From: a candidate division FCPU426 bacterium
Lineage (GTDB): Bacteria > Oederibacteriota > Muellerivitia > Muellerivitales > Muellerivitaceae
Assembly: GCA_963771075.1 (NCBI GenBank)
Contig: CAVYSE010000025.1
Location: 74,904 to 138,903, forward strand
Direction of reading: 5' to 3'
Length of the DNA stretch: 64,000 nucleotides
Translations under genes and position numbers: made by a program
Shown here: positions 1-10,393 of the stretch, piece after piece
How positions within the stretch are numbered: position 1 is the stretch's first letter
Layout of the letters: the number at the start of each line of letters is the position of its first letter
The notes under the pieces: model-generated
Seen by the model: the letters and a program-made list of their open reading frames with translations, nothing else
The model's database searches: none
Told to the model about the DNA's origin: nothing

Positions 1-1230
1 GGGTTCGGGAAGCGAAAAAAAACAATAAAAGAACGAGAGCCAACTTGAGTGATCTTCGGTCGAATGGGGCGGCTAGCGGGATCCCCTTTGCGGGAAGAAG
101 AAACAATAATATGAGAATGGACAAGAATATCTGGGGCCAGAAAACCCGGGCCACGATCTTGTTTAAACAAAGCAGAAGGATATCCAAGAACAACGCCCAA
201 ACAACCGGCCCCCAGGAACCGCCTCCACCGATTCCATTCAGCGCCACGCAAACAAGCAAGCCCACCAGGAGAAATTGAACGACATTGTTTTGGGATAAAC
301 CCATGATCAAGTCCCATTTGACCCCGGGGTCCGCCGGGAGGAGGTCATCCAATCTTTTGAGGTTTTCTAAGCTAAAAGAAGGATTTTCGTAAAACCCCTT
401 GATAAAAACCTGGTAGTCCTCCGGCGCCCAACCCACTGAGCGAAATGCCTTTTCTTGACGATCGAATTGGGTGATTTTCACTTCGCCGATGGAAAAACGC
501 TTATCGTAATATTCCCGGGCTTCCTTCCATCCGTCGTGGGAGGAAACATAGGATCGGTCAAAACCTACGCAGAGCAAGATGAGCAGGGCGGTGACAGAAA
601 GAACGGCGAGCCGCTTTCGCTCCCCCCCGTTTCCCGGTCCTGGCGGAAAGCTTGATACAGGTAAAAGGATGAGGCCGCTATTGAAAAAAGGGAGGGTTCC
701 AGGCGGATCAAGGAGGCACCAAAAATCAGAAAAGAAGCTAGTCCCAAGACGATAGGGCGGGGCCGACAGGGATTGGCCAAGAGGAAAATACCCGCCTGAA
801 CCGCCAGGAAACAATAAACCGTATATTGAGGCCAGGCATAGCAATGAAAAAAAACGGGTGTCCCGACGGCGAAAAAAACATATATCGCCCAGGGAGACCT
901 TTCTCTCGAAAAAAAAGCGGCCCCCAGGGCCCAGACGGAAATAAAAAAAAAGGAATACAACCCCCATCCATACCATGAAATATGGGGCAAAATCAGGTTC
1001 AGGTTTTTCAAAATGATCCCCAACAGCACATTCACGACGATGAGAAACTCGGAAGGCCGATCCACTAGCACGATTCCGCGGGTGATCCAATTCATCGCCA
1101 TGTCATCGCTGGTTTGGAAAAAAGGCGTGAAAAACAACCACCCCAGGAAGAAATAGATGCAGGTAATGCCGAGGGAAGCCAAAAAGGGCCGCCGAAAGGG
1201 GAAAAGGAGGAGGGATTCTTTTTCTTCCAT
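1..1230 (-). CDS. Polytopic membrane protein (GT-C/glucosyltransferase-like), frameshifted, runs off window
   Basis: ORF 565..1266 (likely ATG 1230) has many TM segments and an SDD motif after TM1. Shifting frame at the G7 tract (622-628) gives an open hydrophobic continuation (ERKRLAVLSVTALLILLCVGFDRS...GWAPEDY...) to the window edge. Confidence 0.6.
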
Positions 1231-1393
1231 AGGGAAATTATAACCGTCCCGCAGAAAAAGAGTCACTTTCAGCCTTTCCCGCGTCTGGAAATTAATTTGA
1301 CGACAGCCGTTTCAACTTTGAATTAAACTGAATTCTCAAAGCCGGGCTCTGCCGCGGCGTTGAAACGAATCAATTTCATCCAAAGGCTCTCCC

Positions 1394-2539
1394 TTGTCCA
1401 CCGTCCCGGCGAAAGACCATTTCCAAATCGTCGATTTGACCCGCACTTTCGCCATCCTCACCGTCATGGCCCTCCATTTGAAACCCACCCTCTATCTTTC
1501 CAAGGAACCTTGGTTCCAGCGTTTTTGGCAGGCTTTTCAGCAAAATGGCATTTATGGCGTCATTATTTTTTTCGTGGTTTCCGGCTTCCTGATCACCCGC
1601 GTCTTAGCCGCGCGATCGCCCTCGCTCTTTCAAGCACGTTTCCCGGTTTTTTACGTCCAGCGCATCGGCCGAATCTTCCCCCTCTATTTCCTCGTGATTT
1701 TCACCGGGGTTTGTGTCCTCTTGTTTTGTCCAGGGGGTTCCCGGAGTTTTTTATACTGTTTTGGAGACCCCCAGGTTCTCACCCATCCCCTCTTTTCACT
1801 TTGCCTGGTCACCTTTAATTTCAACTGGTGGAGCGCCACTTCGGGAATTTCCCTCGCGGTTTTTTTTAGCGTACTGTGGTCCCTTTCCGTGGAGGAGCAA
1901 TTTTACCTGGGCTATCCCTGGCTCCTTAAAAAGCTTGGCAACCTGCGGAATCTTCTATGGTGTTTGGGCGCGATGGTGGCCTTGGCGGTCACTTGGAGAG
2001 CGTTCATTTATCGCTTCGCCCGGAATGATTTCGGTTTAAGCACCCGCTTCACCTTCGGCGTCCTGGACTCTTTCGCCATAGGCATTTTATTGTTTGTCGT
2101 TTCGAACCTTTACGATCCCTGGCTGCGGGAGAGGAAAAACACCTGTCGCTTGATCTGCCTGGGCGGCTTGCTTTTGATTACGCTTATTTATTTTGGTTCC
2201 TTCGCCCTGGAAGGTACCAACTTGGTCTTTGCGCCCACCCTGATTTCCATGGGGGTTTTCGGCTTTCTCCTGGGAGGGCGGCATCTTCCTCTCTTGGAGT
2301 CGCCCTTCCTACGGTGCCTTTCCTGGCCCGGCAAGTACTGTTACGGCAATTACTTGTTTCACGGGGCCGTCCTTTATTTGTTGCACCCCGTCCTCGTCAA
2401 GCTCCATACCGCGCTAGCGTTTTTTCTGTTTGTGGGGATCACCACCTGCCTAGCCGCCCTCTCTTACCGATTCTTTGAGGCACCGGCGAACCGGTGGATC
2501 CGCGAAAAATTATTATTTTTAAAAAATAACACCGTATGA
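1394..2539 (+). CDS. Acyltransferase 3 family (OafA/YrhL-like) O-acyltransferase
   Basis: DLTRTFAILTVMALH, GVIIFFVVSGFLIT, RIGRIFPLY, WSLSVEEQFY and SYRFFEAP motifs. Confidence 0.9.
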   Translation: MSTVPAKDHFQIVDLTRTFAILTVMALHLKPTLYLSKEPWFQRFWQAFQQNGIYGVIIFFVVSGFLITRVLAARSPSLFQARFPVFYVQRIGRIFPLYFLVIFTGVCVLLFCPGGSRSFLYCFGDPQVLTHPLFSLCLVTFNFNWWSATSGISLAVFFSVLWSLSVEEQFYLGYPWLLKKLGNLRNLLWCLGAMVALAVTWRAFIYRFARNDFGLSTRFTFGVLDSFAIGILLFVVSNLYDPWLRERKNTCRLICLGGLLLITLIYFGSFALEGTNLVFAPTLISMGVFGFLLGGRHLPLLESPFLRCLSWPGKYCYGNYLFHGAVLYLLHPVLVKLHTALAFFLFVGITTCLAALSYRFFEAPANRWIREKLLFLKNNTV

Positions 2540-4020
2540 CCCAAAATCTTTCCAAAGCGCCAAGTCCATGGCGATGGATATTGGGAATGGTCATCCTCGT
2601 ATCCCATTCCTCCGCGTGGTGCGATTCCTTGGAAGGGACCTGGCAGGGTCGGTTGGATCTGGGCTTGGCCAAGTTTCGGGTGGCCCTTGCGATACAAATG
2701 GATTCACTTGGGAAAACCCGTGTTTTCTTCAACAACATCGACGACGGCATTTATGACGAACCCGCCGTTATCATTGATGATTCGGATCCCTTGCTGAAAA
2801 TCAGGCTGGAGAAGAGTCAAATTTTGATCCTTGGATTTAAAAGCAATAAGCAATATTTATCCGGAACCTATCTCCAAGCGAATGGAAATTTCGAGAAGGA
2901 GGGGCTGGCCTCCCCTTTAACCTTGAGGGCCGGGAAGGATTACCTGTTTCCCAGGTTGGACAGCCGGGGAAATCCCCAAACCGGGTATACCTACCAGGCG
3001 CCCGTTGCGGTGGGAGATGGCTGGAAGATTGGGGATCTATCCGCAAAAGGCGCATTACTTTTCGAATCAGGTATTAAGAAGATTTTGGATGGGACCTTCC
3101 CTCACATCCACGGTGTTGCTGTGGCCCAAGGTGGACGGCTTTTGGCGGATGAGACATTTTACGGATATTCCTCACCGGATCCCCACCCGGTTCAATCCAT
3201 CACCAAATCCGTTTTTTCCCTTCTATTCGGAATTGCCCGGGACAAAGGCTTAATTCAAACCAATCAAAAACTATTTGATTATTTTCCCGAGTACCTGTCC
3301 CAAAAAAGATGGGATCCCAGAAAGAACCAAATCACCCTGGAGCATCTGTTGACCATGTCCTCCGGTTTTGATTGTTCCGATTGGAATGATGCGCAAGATT
3401 GTTCTTGGGGCATGGTAAAGTCGAATGATTGGCAGGACTTCGCCCTGTCCAAACCCTTGGTCCAGAACCCCGGGACCCAATTTGCCTACTGTGGAACCTG
3501 CCTCTTGCCGCTCTCGGTAATTCTCGATAAGGTCAGCGGATTGAGCGTTCCTGAGTTTGCCCAGAAATATCTTTTTGATCCGCTGGATATCCATTCGGCC
3601 CAATGGGTCAACGCGCCTTCCGCCGGTACCACCGTCGTGCCCGTTTCTTTCGGCCTTTCTATGACACCGAGGGACCTTGCCAAAATCGGTCTCTTGGTCT
3701 TGCAGAAGGGTCTATGGAGCGGAAAACAGATCGTGTCGGAGGATTGGATCAAGCAATCCACTTCGCTTCAAGTTCCCCGTAACCAAACGAACAAAAAATA
3801 TGATTATGGCTATTTATGGTGGGAAACCGAGATGCCCGCCGGGGACAAGATGGTTAAAATCATCATGGGTTGGGGTGCGGGAGGCAATTATCTCTTCATT
3901 GTGCCGGAGAAGGACCTGGTCTGCGTCGTCACCGCCGGGAATTACGGCGATTCAAAGACGGCCCAGGTTTCCCTGAAGTTGTTCCAGGATTACGTCCTGC
4001 CAGCCTTTTCCATGCCTTAA
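2536..4020 (+). CDS. Secreted serine hydrolase (class C beta-lactamase/esterase-like)
   Basis: Signal peptide; SxxK (QSITKS), ITLEHLLTMSSG, PGTQFAY, MTPRDLAKIG, YGYLWW. Confidence 0.85.
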   Translation: MTQNLSKAPSPWRWILGMVILVSHSSAWCDSLEGTWQGRLDLGLAKFRVALAIQMDSLGKTRVFFNNIDDGIYDEPAVIIDDSDPLLKIRLEKSQILILGFKSNKQYLSGTYLQANGNFEKEGLASPLTLRAGKDYLFPRLDSRGNPQTGYTYQAPVAVGDGWKIGDLSAKGALLFESGIKKILDGTFPHIHGVAVAQGGRLLADETFYGYSSPDPHPVQSITKSVFSLLFGIARDKGLIQTNQKLFDYFPEYLSQKRWDPRKNQITLEHLLTMSSGFDCSDWNDAQDCSWGMVKSNDWQDFALSKPLVQNPGTQFAYCGTCLLPLSVILDKVSGLSVPEFAQKYLFDPLDIHSAQWVNAPSAGTTVVPVSFGLSMTPRDLAKIGLLVLQKGLWSGKQIVSEDWIKQSTSLQVPRNQTNKKYDYGYLWWETEMPAGDKMVKIIMGWGAGGNYLFIVPEKDLVCVVTAGNYGDSKTAQVSLKLFQDYVLPAFSMP

Positions 4021-4046
4021 ATGCAGTCCCCTTGGGGCAATCGGTC

Positions 4047-4349
4047 TTAACCCATAACCTCGGGAAGGGATTTCACTTTTTCCGGGCCGGGTTTCGCCCA
4101 CCGCTTGAGCGAATAGACATTATCCGCCAGCTTCACCGTCAGGAACCTTGGGAAATGCAACTCAGTCATCTTGATTCGGATGATCTCGTGCATTTTTTCC
4201 ACCGTCATTTCCGAATCCGTAAAACCCCCTAATTGATAACAACGGCGGCAGTAGGTTTCCGTAATGACGCCGTTTCTTTCCCTTCCCTTATCCGAGTCTT
4301 TCCTCAAGGGCGAGCCACAGCTTTGACAAACCGTTTTCGATTTAAACAT
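4047..4349 (-). CDS. Putative zinc-ribbon protein
   Basis: CQSCGSPL...YCRRCY..GGFT...LKRW pattern. Confidence 0.8.
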   Translation of the reverse strand: MFKSKTVCQSCGSPLRKDSDKGRERNGVITETYCRRCYQLGGFTDSEMTVEKMHEIIRIKMTELHFPRFLTVKLADNVYSLKRWAKPGPEKVKSLPEVMG

Positions 4350-4492
4350 GGAATCAACCTTTCAGGACTTAACCGGCGGGCGAGGAGAACCTTGTGGGAC
4401 CAAAGTGGCTCGTGTCGAATAGGTCCATTTCACTATAGGCTTTATCCCCAGGAAAAGCAGGGTTAAGACGCAAATAGTTGAAAAATAGATGC

Positions 4493-4511
4493 CCACGGGC
4501 AGAGCCCGTGG
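4493..4511. repeat. GC-rich hairpin (REP or IS200/IS605-end-like; may terminate polA)
   Basis: CCACGGGC-AGA-GCCCGTGG perfect inverted repeat downstream of polA. Confidence 0.45.
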
Positions 4512-4579
4512 AACTCAAAGCTGGCGATTAGAACAGCCTTCGGACCTTAGAGCATCAGGAATTCTTATTCGGTTTTCTG

Positions 4580-7384
4580 TCAATGCGCCTCGAGCCAGTT
4601 CTTCCCCACGCCCACGTCCACCTTCAGGGGCACCTTGAGTTTCATGGCCCCTTCCATTTCCTTCACGATAATCTTTTTCACGTCCTCGACCTCTCCCTTG
4701 GGGGCTTCGAAGACCAGCTCGTCGTGCACCTGCAGAAGCATGGCGGTTTCCATCTTCTTCTGCTTCAACTTGGCGTGCAGGCGCACCATGGCGATCTTGA
4801 TCAGGTCGGCGGCGGAACCCTGAATGGGGGTATTGACCGCCATGTGCTCAGCGGCGACCCTGAGCCCGGGGTTGGTGGAAAGAATTTCCGGCAAAAGGCG
4901 CTTGCGGCCCAGGATAGTGGAGACATAACCCTTTTCCTTCGCCGTTTCCACGCATTCGGTGGTGAACTTCTGGATGCCCGGGTACTTGGCCAGGTAATCC
5001 TCGATGAACTTCTTGGCTTCCACCATGGAAACCCCGTTTTCCCTGGCCAAGCGCTGGGGGCCCATGCCATAAATGACCCCGAAATTGATGGTCTTGGCCT
5101 GGCCGCGCTGGGTGGAAGTGACCTGGTCCATGGCCACCCCGAAGATGAGGGATGCCGTGCGGCGGTGGACGTCCTCGTCCTTCTCGAAGGTCTCGATCAG
5201 GTTCGGGTCGCCCGTGATGTGGGCGAGGACCCTTAGCTCGATCTGGGAATAGTCGGCGGAAATCAGCACATGCTTGGAATCCTTGGCCACGAAGGCCCCC
5301 CGGATGCGCCGCCCGAATTCGGAGCGAATGGGGATATTCTGCAGGTTCGGGTCGTTGGAACTAAGCCTTCCCGTGGCCGCCACCGCCTGGCTGTAGGAGG
5401 TGTGGATGCGGCCGTCCTTGGCGTTCGCCATTTGGGGCAGGACGTCGAGATAGGTGTTCTTGAGCTTGGAAAGCTGGCGGTATTCCAGCATCATGTCCGC
5501 GATAGGAACACCCTTGAGGGCCTCCAGCACATCCACGTCGGTGGCGTAGCCCGTCTTGGTCTTCTTGACCCGGGTTCCCCCGATTTTTTGTACCTGCATC
5601 TTCTCAAATAGGATCTTTCCCAATTGCAGGGGGGAGCCGATATTGAACTCTTCCCCCGCTTCTTTGTAGATCTTCTTGGTGAGTTTTTTCAGCTCCACAT
5701 CCGCCTCGGCGGAAAGGTCCCCCAATAGCTTGGCATCAATAGCAATGCCCGAACGTTCCATGTCCTCCAGCACCATCACCAGGGGCAGTTCCACTTCTTC
5801 ATACAACTTCTGCAGGCCTTCCTTTTTCAGGCGAGGGGCGAAGAGGTTGTGCGCGCGCAGGGTGAAGTCCACGTCCTCGCAGGCGTATTGGGTGATGTCC
5901 TCCAGGGGCACCTGGTCCATGGTGATCTCATTTTTGCCCTTGCCGATGAGGGCCTCGGTGGGAATCTTGGTGTAGTTGAAGTGTTTCAGGGCGATGGCGT
6001 CCAGGTTGTGCTGGCGGTAGGAGGAATCCAGCAGGAAGCTCTCGAGCATGGTGTCGAAGGCGAACCCTTTGGGCTCGATGCCGTGGCTCTTGAAGACCGC
6101 CCAGTCGTACTTGCTGTTTTGGCCGCCCTTGGGGATCTTCGGGTTTTCCAAAAAGGACTTAAGGAGCTTGACGACCTTTTCCTTACTCAGTTCCTGGTTG
6201 AAGGGGATGAAGACAGCTTCCTTCTCTTTCCAGCAAAGGGATGCGCCCACGATATCCACCGTCAAGGGGTCGAGCCCCGTGGTTTCGGTGTCCACGGCCA
6301 CCACATCGGCCTTGGCCGCGGCCGCCAGCGCCTTCTCAATTTCCTCCTCAGTCAAGAGGCTCTTGTACTTGTCCGATACGCGCTTCAACTGGGTCGCGGC
6401 AGGTTCGGTTGCCTCCTCTTTTTCCTTTTTTGTTTTTTTGGCTTTATTCCCCTTCTCAGTGGGTTCGGAGGGGCTCTCCAGGACTAGGTCGACCGTCCCG
6501 AACTGGGAGGCGTATTCCTCCACACGGGACATCATCCTGTTGAATTCCAATTCCTGGCAAAGCTCGTGAAGCGCCTTCATGTCGGGTTTTCCAAGAACCA
6601 GGTCCTTGGGATTGTCGGGAATCGGCGAGTCGCAATCAATGGTCACCAGTTGCTTGGAAAGGTCGGCCATGGCCCGGTTCTTCAGGAGGGATTCCTTTAG
6701 CTTGGGCTTTTCGATTTTCTCGACGTTTTTGAAGAGGTTCTCCATGGTCCCGTATTCCTGGATAAGGGTGGTGGCGGTCTTTTCACCGATGCCCGGCACT
6801 CCCGGCACGTTGTCCGAGGCGTCGCCCATGAGGGCCAGCACGTCGATGACCTGGTCCGGTTTCACTCCGAATTTTTCCATCACGTCCTTCTCGTCCGCCA
6901 TCGACCAGTCGTTCGGCCATTTGGGCTTAAACATCTTCACGTCCGGCCCGATCAATTGCATGAAATCCTTGTCGCCCGATACGATCACGCTTTCGATCTT
7001 TTCCTTTTTGGCCCGGTGCACCATGGTGCCGATCAGGTCGTCCGCCTCAAAGCCCGGCTTAACCAATAGGGGCAGGTTCAAGGCCTTGACCATCTTGAAA
7101 ATGTAAGGGAAGCCGTTGGCAAGATCTTCGGGCATTTCCTCCCGGTTGGCCTTGTATTCCTTATACATTTTGTGCCGGAAGGTAGGCTCCTTAGAATCAA
7201 ACACGACCGCGAAATAATCGGGTTTTTGTTTTCGCAGTATCATCAACAGGGTGTCCACGAAACCGTAGACCGCCGAGGTGTCGAAACCCTTCGATGTCTT
7301 GCGAGGGTTCTTGATGAAGGCGAAATGGGCCCGGTAGGCCATCGCGGCTCCGTCCAAAAGGAACAACCGGGGTTTGGCGGCCAT
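4580..7384 (-). CDS. polA: DNA polymerase I
   Basis: 5'-3' exonuclease (LLDG..MAYRA, EADD), 3'-5' exonuclease (DTETT, YACED), polymerase motifs (TGRLSS..PNLQNIP, DYSQIELR, QVHDEL); start set at MAAKP. Confidence 0.98.
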   Translation of the reverse strand: MAAKPRLFLLDGAAMAYRAHFAFIKNPRKTSKGFDTSAVYGFVDTLLMILRKQKPDYFAVVFDSKEPTFRHKMYKEYKANREEMPEDLANGFPYIFKMVKALNLPLLVKPGFEADDLIGTMVHRAKKEKIESVIVSGDKDFMQLIGPDVKMFKPKWPNDWSMADEKDVMEKFGVKPDQVIDVLALMGDASDNVPGVPGIGEKTATTLIQEYGTMENLFKNVEKIEKPKLKESLLKNRAMADLSKQLVTIDCDSPIPDNPKDLVLGKPDMKALHELCQELEFNRMMSRVEEYASQFGTVDLVLESPSEPTEKGNKAKKTKKEKEEATEPAATQLKRVSDKYKSLLTEEEIEKALAAAAKADVVAVDTETTGLDPLTVDIVGASLCWKEKEAVFIPFNQELSKEKVVKLLKSFLENPKIPKGGQNSKYDWAVFKSHGIEPKGFAFDTMLESFLLDSSYRQHNLDAIALKHFNYTKIPTEALIGKGKNEITMDQVPLEDITQYACEDVDFTLRAHNLFAPRLKKEGLQKLYEEVELPLVMVLEDMERSGIAIDAKLLGDLSAEADVELKKLTKKIYKEAGEEFNIGSPLQLGKILFEKMQVQKIGGTRVKKTKTGYATDVDVLEALKGVPIADMMLEYRQLSKLKNTYLDVLPQMANAKDGRIHTSYSQAVAATGRLSSNDPNLQNIPIRSEFGRRIRGAFVAKDSKHVLISADYSQIELRVLAHITGDPNLIETFEKDEDVHRRTASLIFGVAMDQVTSTQRGQAKTINFGVIYGMGPQRLARENGVSMVEAKKFIEDYLAKYPGIQKFTTECVETAKEKGYVSTILGRKRLLPEILSTNPGLRVAAEHMAVNTPIQGSAADLIKIAMVRLHAKLKQKKMETAMLLQVHDELVFEAPKGEVEDVKKIIVKEMEGAMKLKVPLKVDVGVGKNWLEAH

Positions 7385-7490
7385 GGTCCTGCCTTTCGAA
7401 AAAATATTAAACTCACATCCAACGCATTCCACCCTTCCATTCAACATTGAGGGAGGGTGGTTTAGACCCGAATTCTCGGGTCTCCGGGTC

Positions 7491-7620
7491 CACAAGGGAA
7501 CGAAGCCACGAAGGCGCCAAGAAAGGCGATATTTTAGGAAACCAAGGCTCAGAAAACACGCCAGCGTTTTATAAATCTAAAGGTTTAAATCCAATCTCCC
7601 TTTGTGACTTCGTGTTGGCG
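7491..7620. repeat. Intergenic palindromic element with 8-bp units (copy A, degenerate)
   Basis: ACGAAGCCACGAAG ... CTTTGTGACTTCGTGTTGG; right end CTTCGTGTTGG is identical to copy B. Confidence 0.5.
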
Positions 7621-7626
7621 GTAGGT

Positions 7627-8166
7627 TTAAAATTTTTTCACGAAGGGAACGGAATAAATTTCTTTAACCGGGTGGTATTCCGCCAGGGCCAAGCGGCTGT
7701 AACAGCCCTTCTGAGCGTAAGGCGTCTTCTGGAGGAAATCAAAGGCCTGGTTCAATTCTTTTTGCGTGAGCCCCATCCCCAGGGTACAATGGGGCACCCA
7801 TCGTCCCGGAAGGTAATAGGCAAGGGCTCCTTTCGCGAGGCCTTTTAATGAAAGATGGAGAAGACCATGCAGTTTTAATAGGACGGGCGTGACCACCGGG
7901 GCTAGAAAGAGAGCCCTTTCCTTTCCCGGGAAATTTCCCAAGCTGGAAAGTTCAAAGGGGATCGGGTTAAAACGTCGAGCCAATCGGGCCAATCGGGGGA
8001 TGACCCTTGCAGAATTGAATTGCTCGAACACCGCCAGGGTTACGTGGGGGCTGGTGCCCGCGGCCTTGAGGATGGTGGGTATCTTCCTTTTCTCGAGTTG
8101 AAGGCCCAGCCTGCGAACGGACCTGTCGGTTTGCGGGTCAAATAAAAGCTCAATGGCAAAAGGCAT
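7627..8166 (-). CDS. 2H phosphoesterase / 2'-5' RNA ligase family protein
   Basis: Two HxT motifs (PHVTL, PHCTL); GGAG RBS before ATG 8166. Confidence 0.85.
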   Translation of the reverse strand: MPFAIELLFDPQTDRSVRRLGLQLEKRKIPTILKAAGTSPHVTLAVFEQFNSARVIPRLARLARRFNPIPFELSSLGNFPGKERALFLAPVVTPVLLKLHGLLHLSLKGLAKGALAYYLPGRWVPHCTLGMGLTQKELNQAFDFLQKTPYAQKGCYSRLALAEYHPVKEIYSVPFVKKF

Positions 8167-8178
8167 AGGGGTTTCTCC

Positions 8179-8218
8179 AAAAAAAAGGCCCCTTTTGGAA
8201 TGATCCAAAAGGGGCCTT
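8179..8218 (-). terminator. Intrinsic terminator
   Basis: AAGGCCCCTTTTGGA/TCCAAAAGGGGCCTT stem followed by a T run on the minus strand. Confidence 0.75.
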
Positions 8219-8286
8219 CACTATATCAAAAACTGACGGGTTCGGGCAGGAACCCTAAAAACGTTTTTTGCCAGGCCTAAAAAAAA

Positions 8287-8571
8287 TCAGGCGGATATAC
8301 CGTATTTTTTCTTGGCCTCCGGTGTCATATTTTCAATATGTTCCAAGAGCAGGCGCGCGCGAATCCCTTTGGTCCTCCGCAATTCGCCGTCCATAGTCCC
8401 CTTCAGCCGGCCCTGCAACATGTCGGCCACTTTTCGAGGGGCATAGACGTAAATATCCACGCCATCATCTTTGTAGTTTCCGTAATCGTTCCGAATTACT
8501 GCCATCGGCGCCAGTCTCTTCACCTCCCCTTCCATTTTTTTCGCCAGTATTTCTGCCGCGGTTTGAGGCAT
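8287..8571 (-). CDS. Hypothetical protein
   Basis: 94-aa ORF with GAGGAGG RBS downstream of parB. Confidence 0.7.
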   Translation of the reverse strand: MPQTAAEILAKKMEGEVKRLAPMAVIRNDYGNYKDDGVDIYVYAPRKVADMLQGRLKGTMDGELRRTKGIRARLLLEHIENMTPEAKKKYGISA

Positions 8572-8665
8572 TGCTTCGCCCTCCTCAGGTTCGTCGGAAT
8601 AGTTCTCCCACTCACGCTTTTCCGTTCGACCGTGAATAGAATCTTAAAAATTTATTCAGTGATTG

Positions 8666-9532
8666 TCAACGATACCCGGCTTTTCGGAATAGATTGAGGA
8701 TCCGGTCCAGTTCGTCCAGCGAGTAATATTCCAAGGTGACGGTGCCCTTTTGCTTGCCACGGGTCTTGACCGTGACCTTGGTGCCCAACCAATCGCGCAA
8801 ACTTTCCTCCAACTTGGCGATATTGGGGTCTTTCCCCTTGGAACCGGTTTTACTCCGGCGGGTCGGTCCTTTTTGGTTTTGGAGCCATTGCTCCACCTCG
8901 CGCACCGAAATGCCGTGATGGAGGATCTTATCCGCCCATTTTTTTTGCTCCTGCAGGGTGGGCAGGGCCGCCAGCACGCGGGCGTGGCTTGAGGTGAGTT
9001 TGCCCGAGGCCAAATAGGCTTGCACATCGGGGGCGAGTTTCAACAGGCGGAGGGCGTTGGCCACGGTGGCGCGGTCCTTGCCGACCTTCTGGGCGATCTG
9101 CTCCTGCGTCATTTGGAATTCTTCCTGCAGGCGGTGGTACCCTTCCGCCTCTTCAATGGGATTGAGGTCGGAACGCTGGAGGTTCTCGATCAGGGCGATC
9201 TCCAACGATTCCACGTCGGAAGCTTGGACTTCCATGGCGGGCAGGGTCAGGAGCCCGAGCTTTTGGGCCGCGCGCCAACGGCGCTCGCCGGCGATAATTT
9301 CCCAGCCTTCCGCCCTCTTGCGAACCACGATGGGCTGAAGTATTCCTTTTTCCCTCACCGAATTCACCAAATCCTGCAGATCCTCGGGCCGGAAAACCTT
9401 CCGGGGCTGCAGGGGATTGGGTCGGATCTTGGAGAGCGGTATCTGTTGGACTCCGCCCTTCCGTTCCTCCATGGGCTTTTTGGGAATGAGGGCTTCCAAT
9501 CCTTTGCCTAGGGCTTTTTTAGTCACGGGCAA
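8666..9532 (-). CDS. parB: Chromosome partitioning protein ParB/Spo0J
   Basis: LGKGLEALI N-terminus, QPRK, IIAGERRWRA, ENLQRSDLNPIEEA, HTH. Confidence 0.97.
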   Translation of the reverse strand: MPVTKKALGKGLEALIPKKPMEERKGGVQQIPLSKIRPNPLQPRKVFRPEDLQDLVNSVREKGILQPIVVRKRAEGWEIIAGERRWRAAQKLGLLTLPAMEVQASDVESLEIALIENLQRSDLNPIEEAEGYHRLQEEFQMTQEQIAQKVGKDRATVANALRLLKLAPDVQAYLASGKLTSSHARVLAALPTLQEQKKWADKILHHGISVREVEQWLQNQKGPTRRSKTGSKGKDPNIAKLEESLRDWLGTKVTVKTRGKQKGTVTLEYYSLDELDRILNLFRKAGYR

Positions 9533-10280
9533 CCACCTCCTTCGTCAGGTTCAAATAGGCTTGGGCCCCGCTGGACCGAATGTCGTAAAGGATAATGGGC
9601 TTTCCGAACGATGGGGATTCGGAAAGCTGGACGTTTCGGGGGATCACCGTTTGGTAGATCTTTTCACCAAAAAACTTTTTCACTTCATCACCCACCTGGT
9701 TGGCCAGCCGGGTGCGGGCGTCGTGCATGGTCAATACCGCCCCCTCAATGGTCAACTCGGGATTAAGGCTTTCCCTCACCCGCTCAATGGTCTCCATCAA
9801 CGAGCTTAAGCCTTCCAGGGCGTAATATTCCGCTTGGATAGGGATCAAAACCGACCGCGCGGCGGTCAAGGCGTTCAGGGTCAGGAAACCCAGCGAGGGT
9901 GGGCAATCGATCAGCACGAAATCGAATGCCTCTTCCACCGATTCCAGGGATTTTTTCAGCCTCGACTCCCTCTCCTCCATGCCCACCAGTTCCACTTCCG
10001 CGCCGGTCAAATGCCCGTTGGACGGCACGCAAAAAAGCCTTTGAAGCTCGGTAGATTTAATAGCCTGAAGGATATCCGCGTCCCCCATCAAAACCTGATA
10101 AATCGTGGGATCACACTCGTTTTTATCGATGCCGACGCCGCTGGTGGCGTTTCCCTGGGGGTCCAGGTCAATGAGGAGGGTCTTTTTCTCAATAGCCGCC
10201 AGGCAGGCGGCCAGATTCACGGTGGTAGTGGTTTTTCCCACCCCGCCCTTTTGGTTGGCGACACAAATGATCTTCTTCAT
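9519..10280 (-). CDS. parA: Chromosome partitioning ATPase ParA/Soj
   Basis: NQKGGVGKTTT deviant Walker A, DLDPQGNAT, DCPPSLG, IPRNV. Confidence 0.97.
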   Translation of the reverse strand: MKKIICVANQKGGVGKTTTTVNLAACLAAIEKKTLLIDLDPQGNATSGVGIDKNECDPTIYQVLMGDADILQAIKSTELQRLFCVPSNGHLTGAEVELVGMEERESRLKKSLESVEEAFDFVLIDCPPSLGFLTLNALTAARSVLIPIQAEYYALEGLSSLMETIERVRESLNPELTIEGAVLTMHDARTRLANQVGDEVKKFFGEKIYQTVIPRNVQLSESPSFGKPIILYDIRSSGAQAYLNLTKEVVARD

Positions 10281-10393
10281 GACCGTATCCTGGGTTTCAT
10301 ATTACAACTTTGTTTAGGAAGATGGGAAAATCGCTTCTTGGGGGCGTCACTATAACACCGGGTTGAAGACCGGGCAACGACGCCTTCGATTCC

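Noticed and set aside
2536..4020. Functional beta-lactam resistance gene
   Set aside because: It has YCG instead of YxN and no KTG, which fits generic serine hydrolases.
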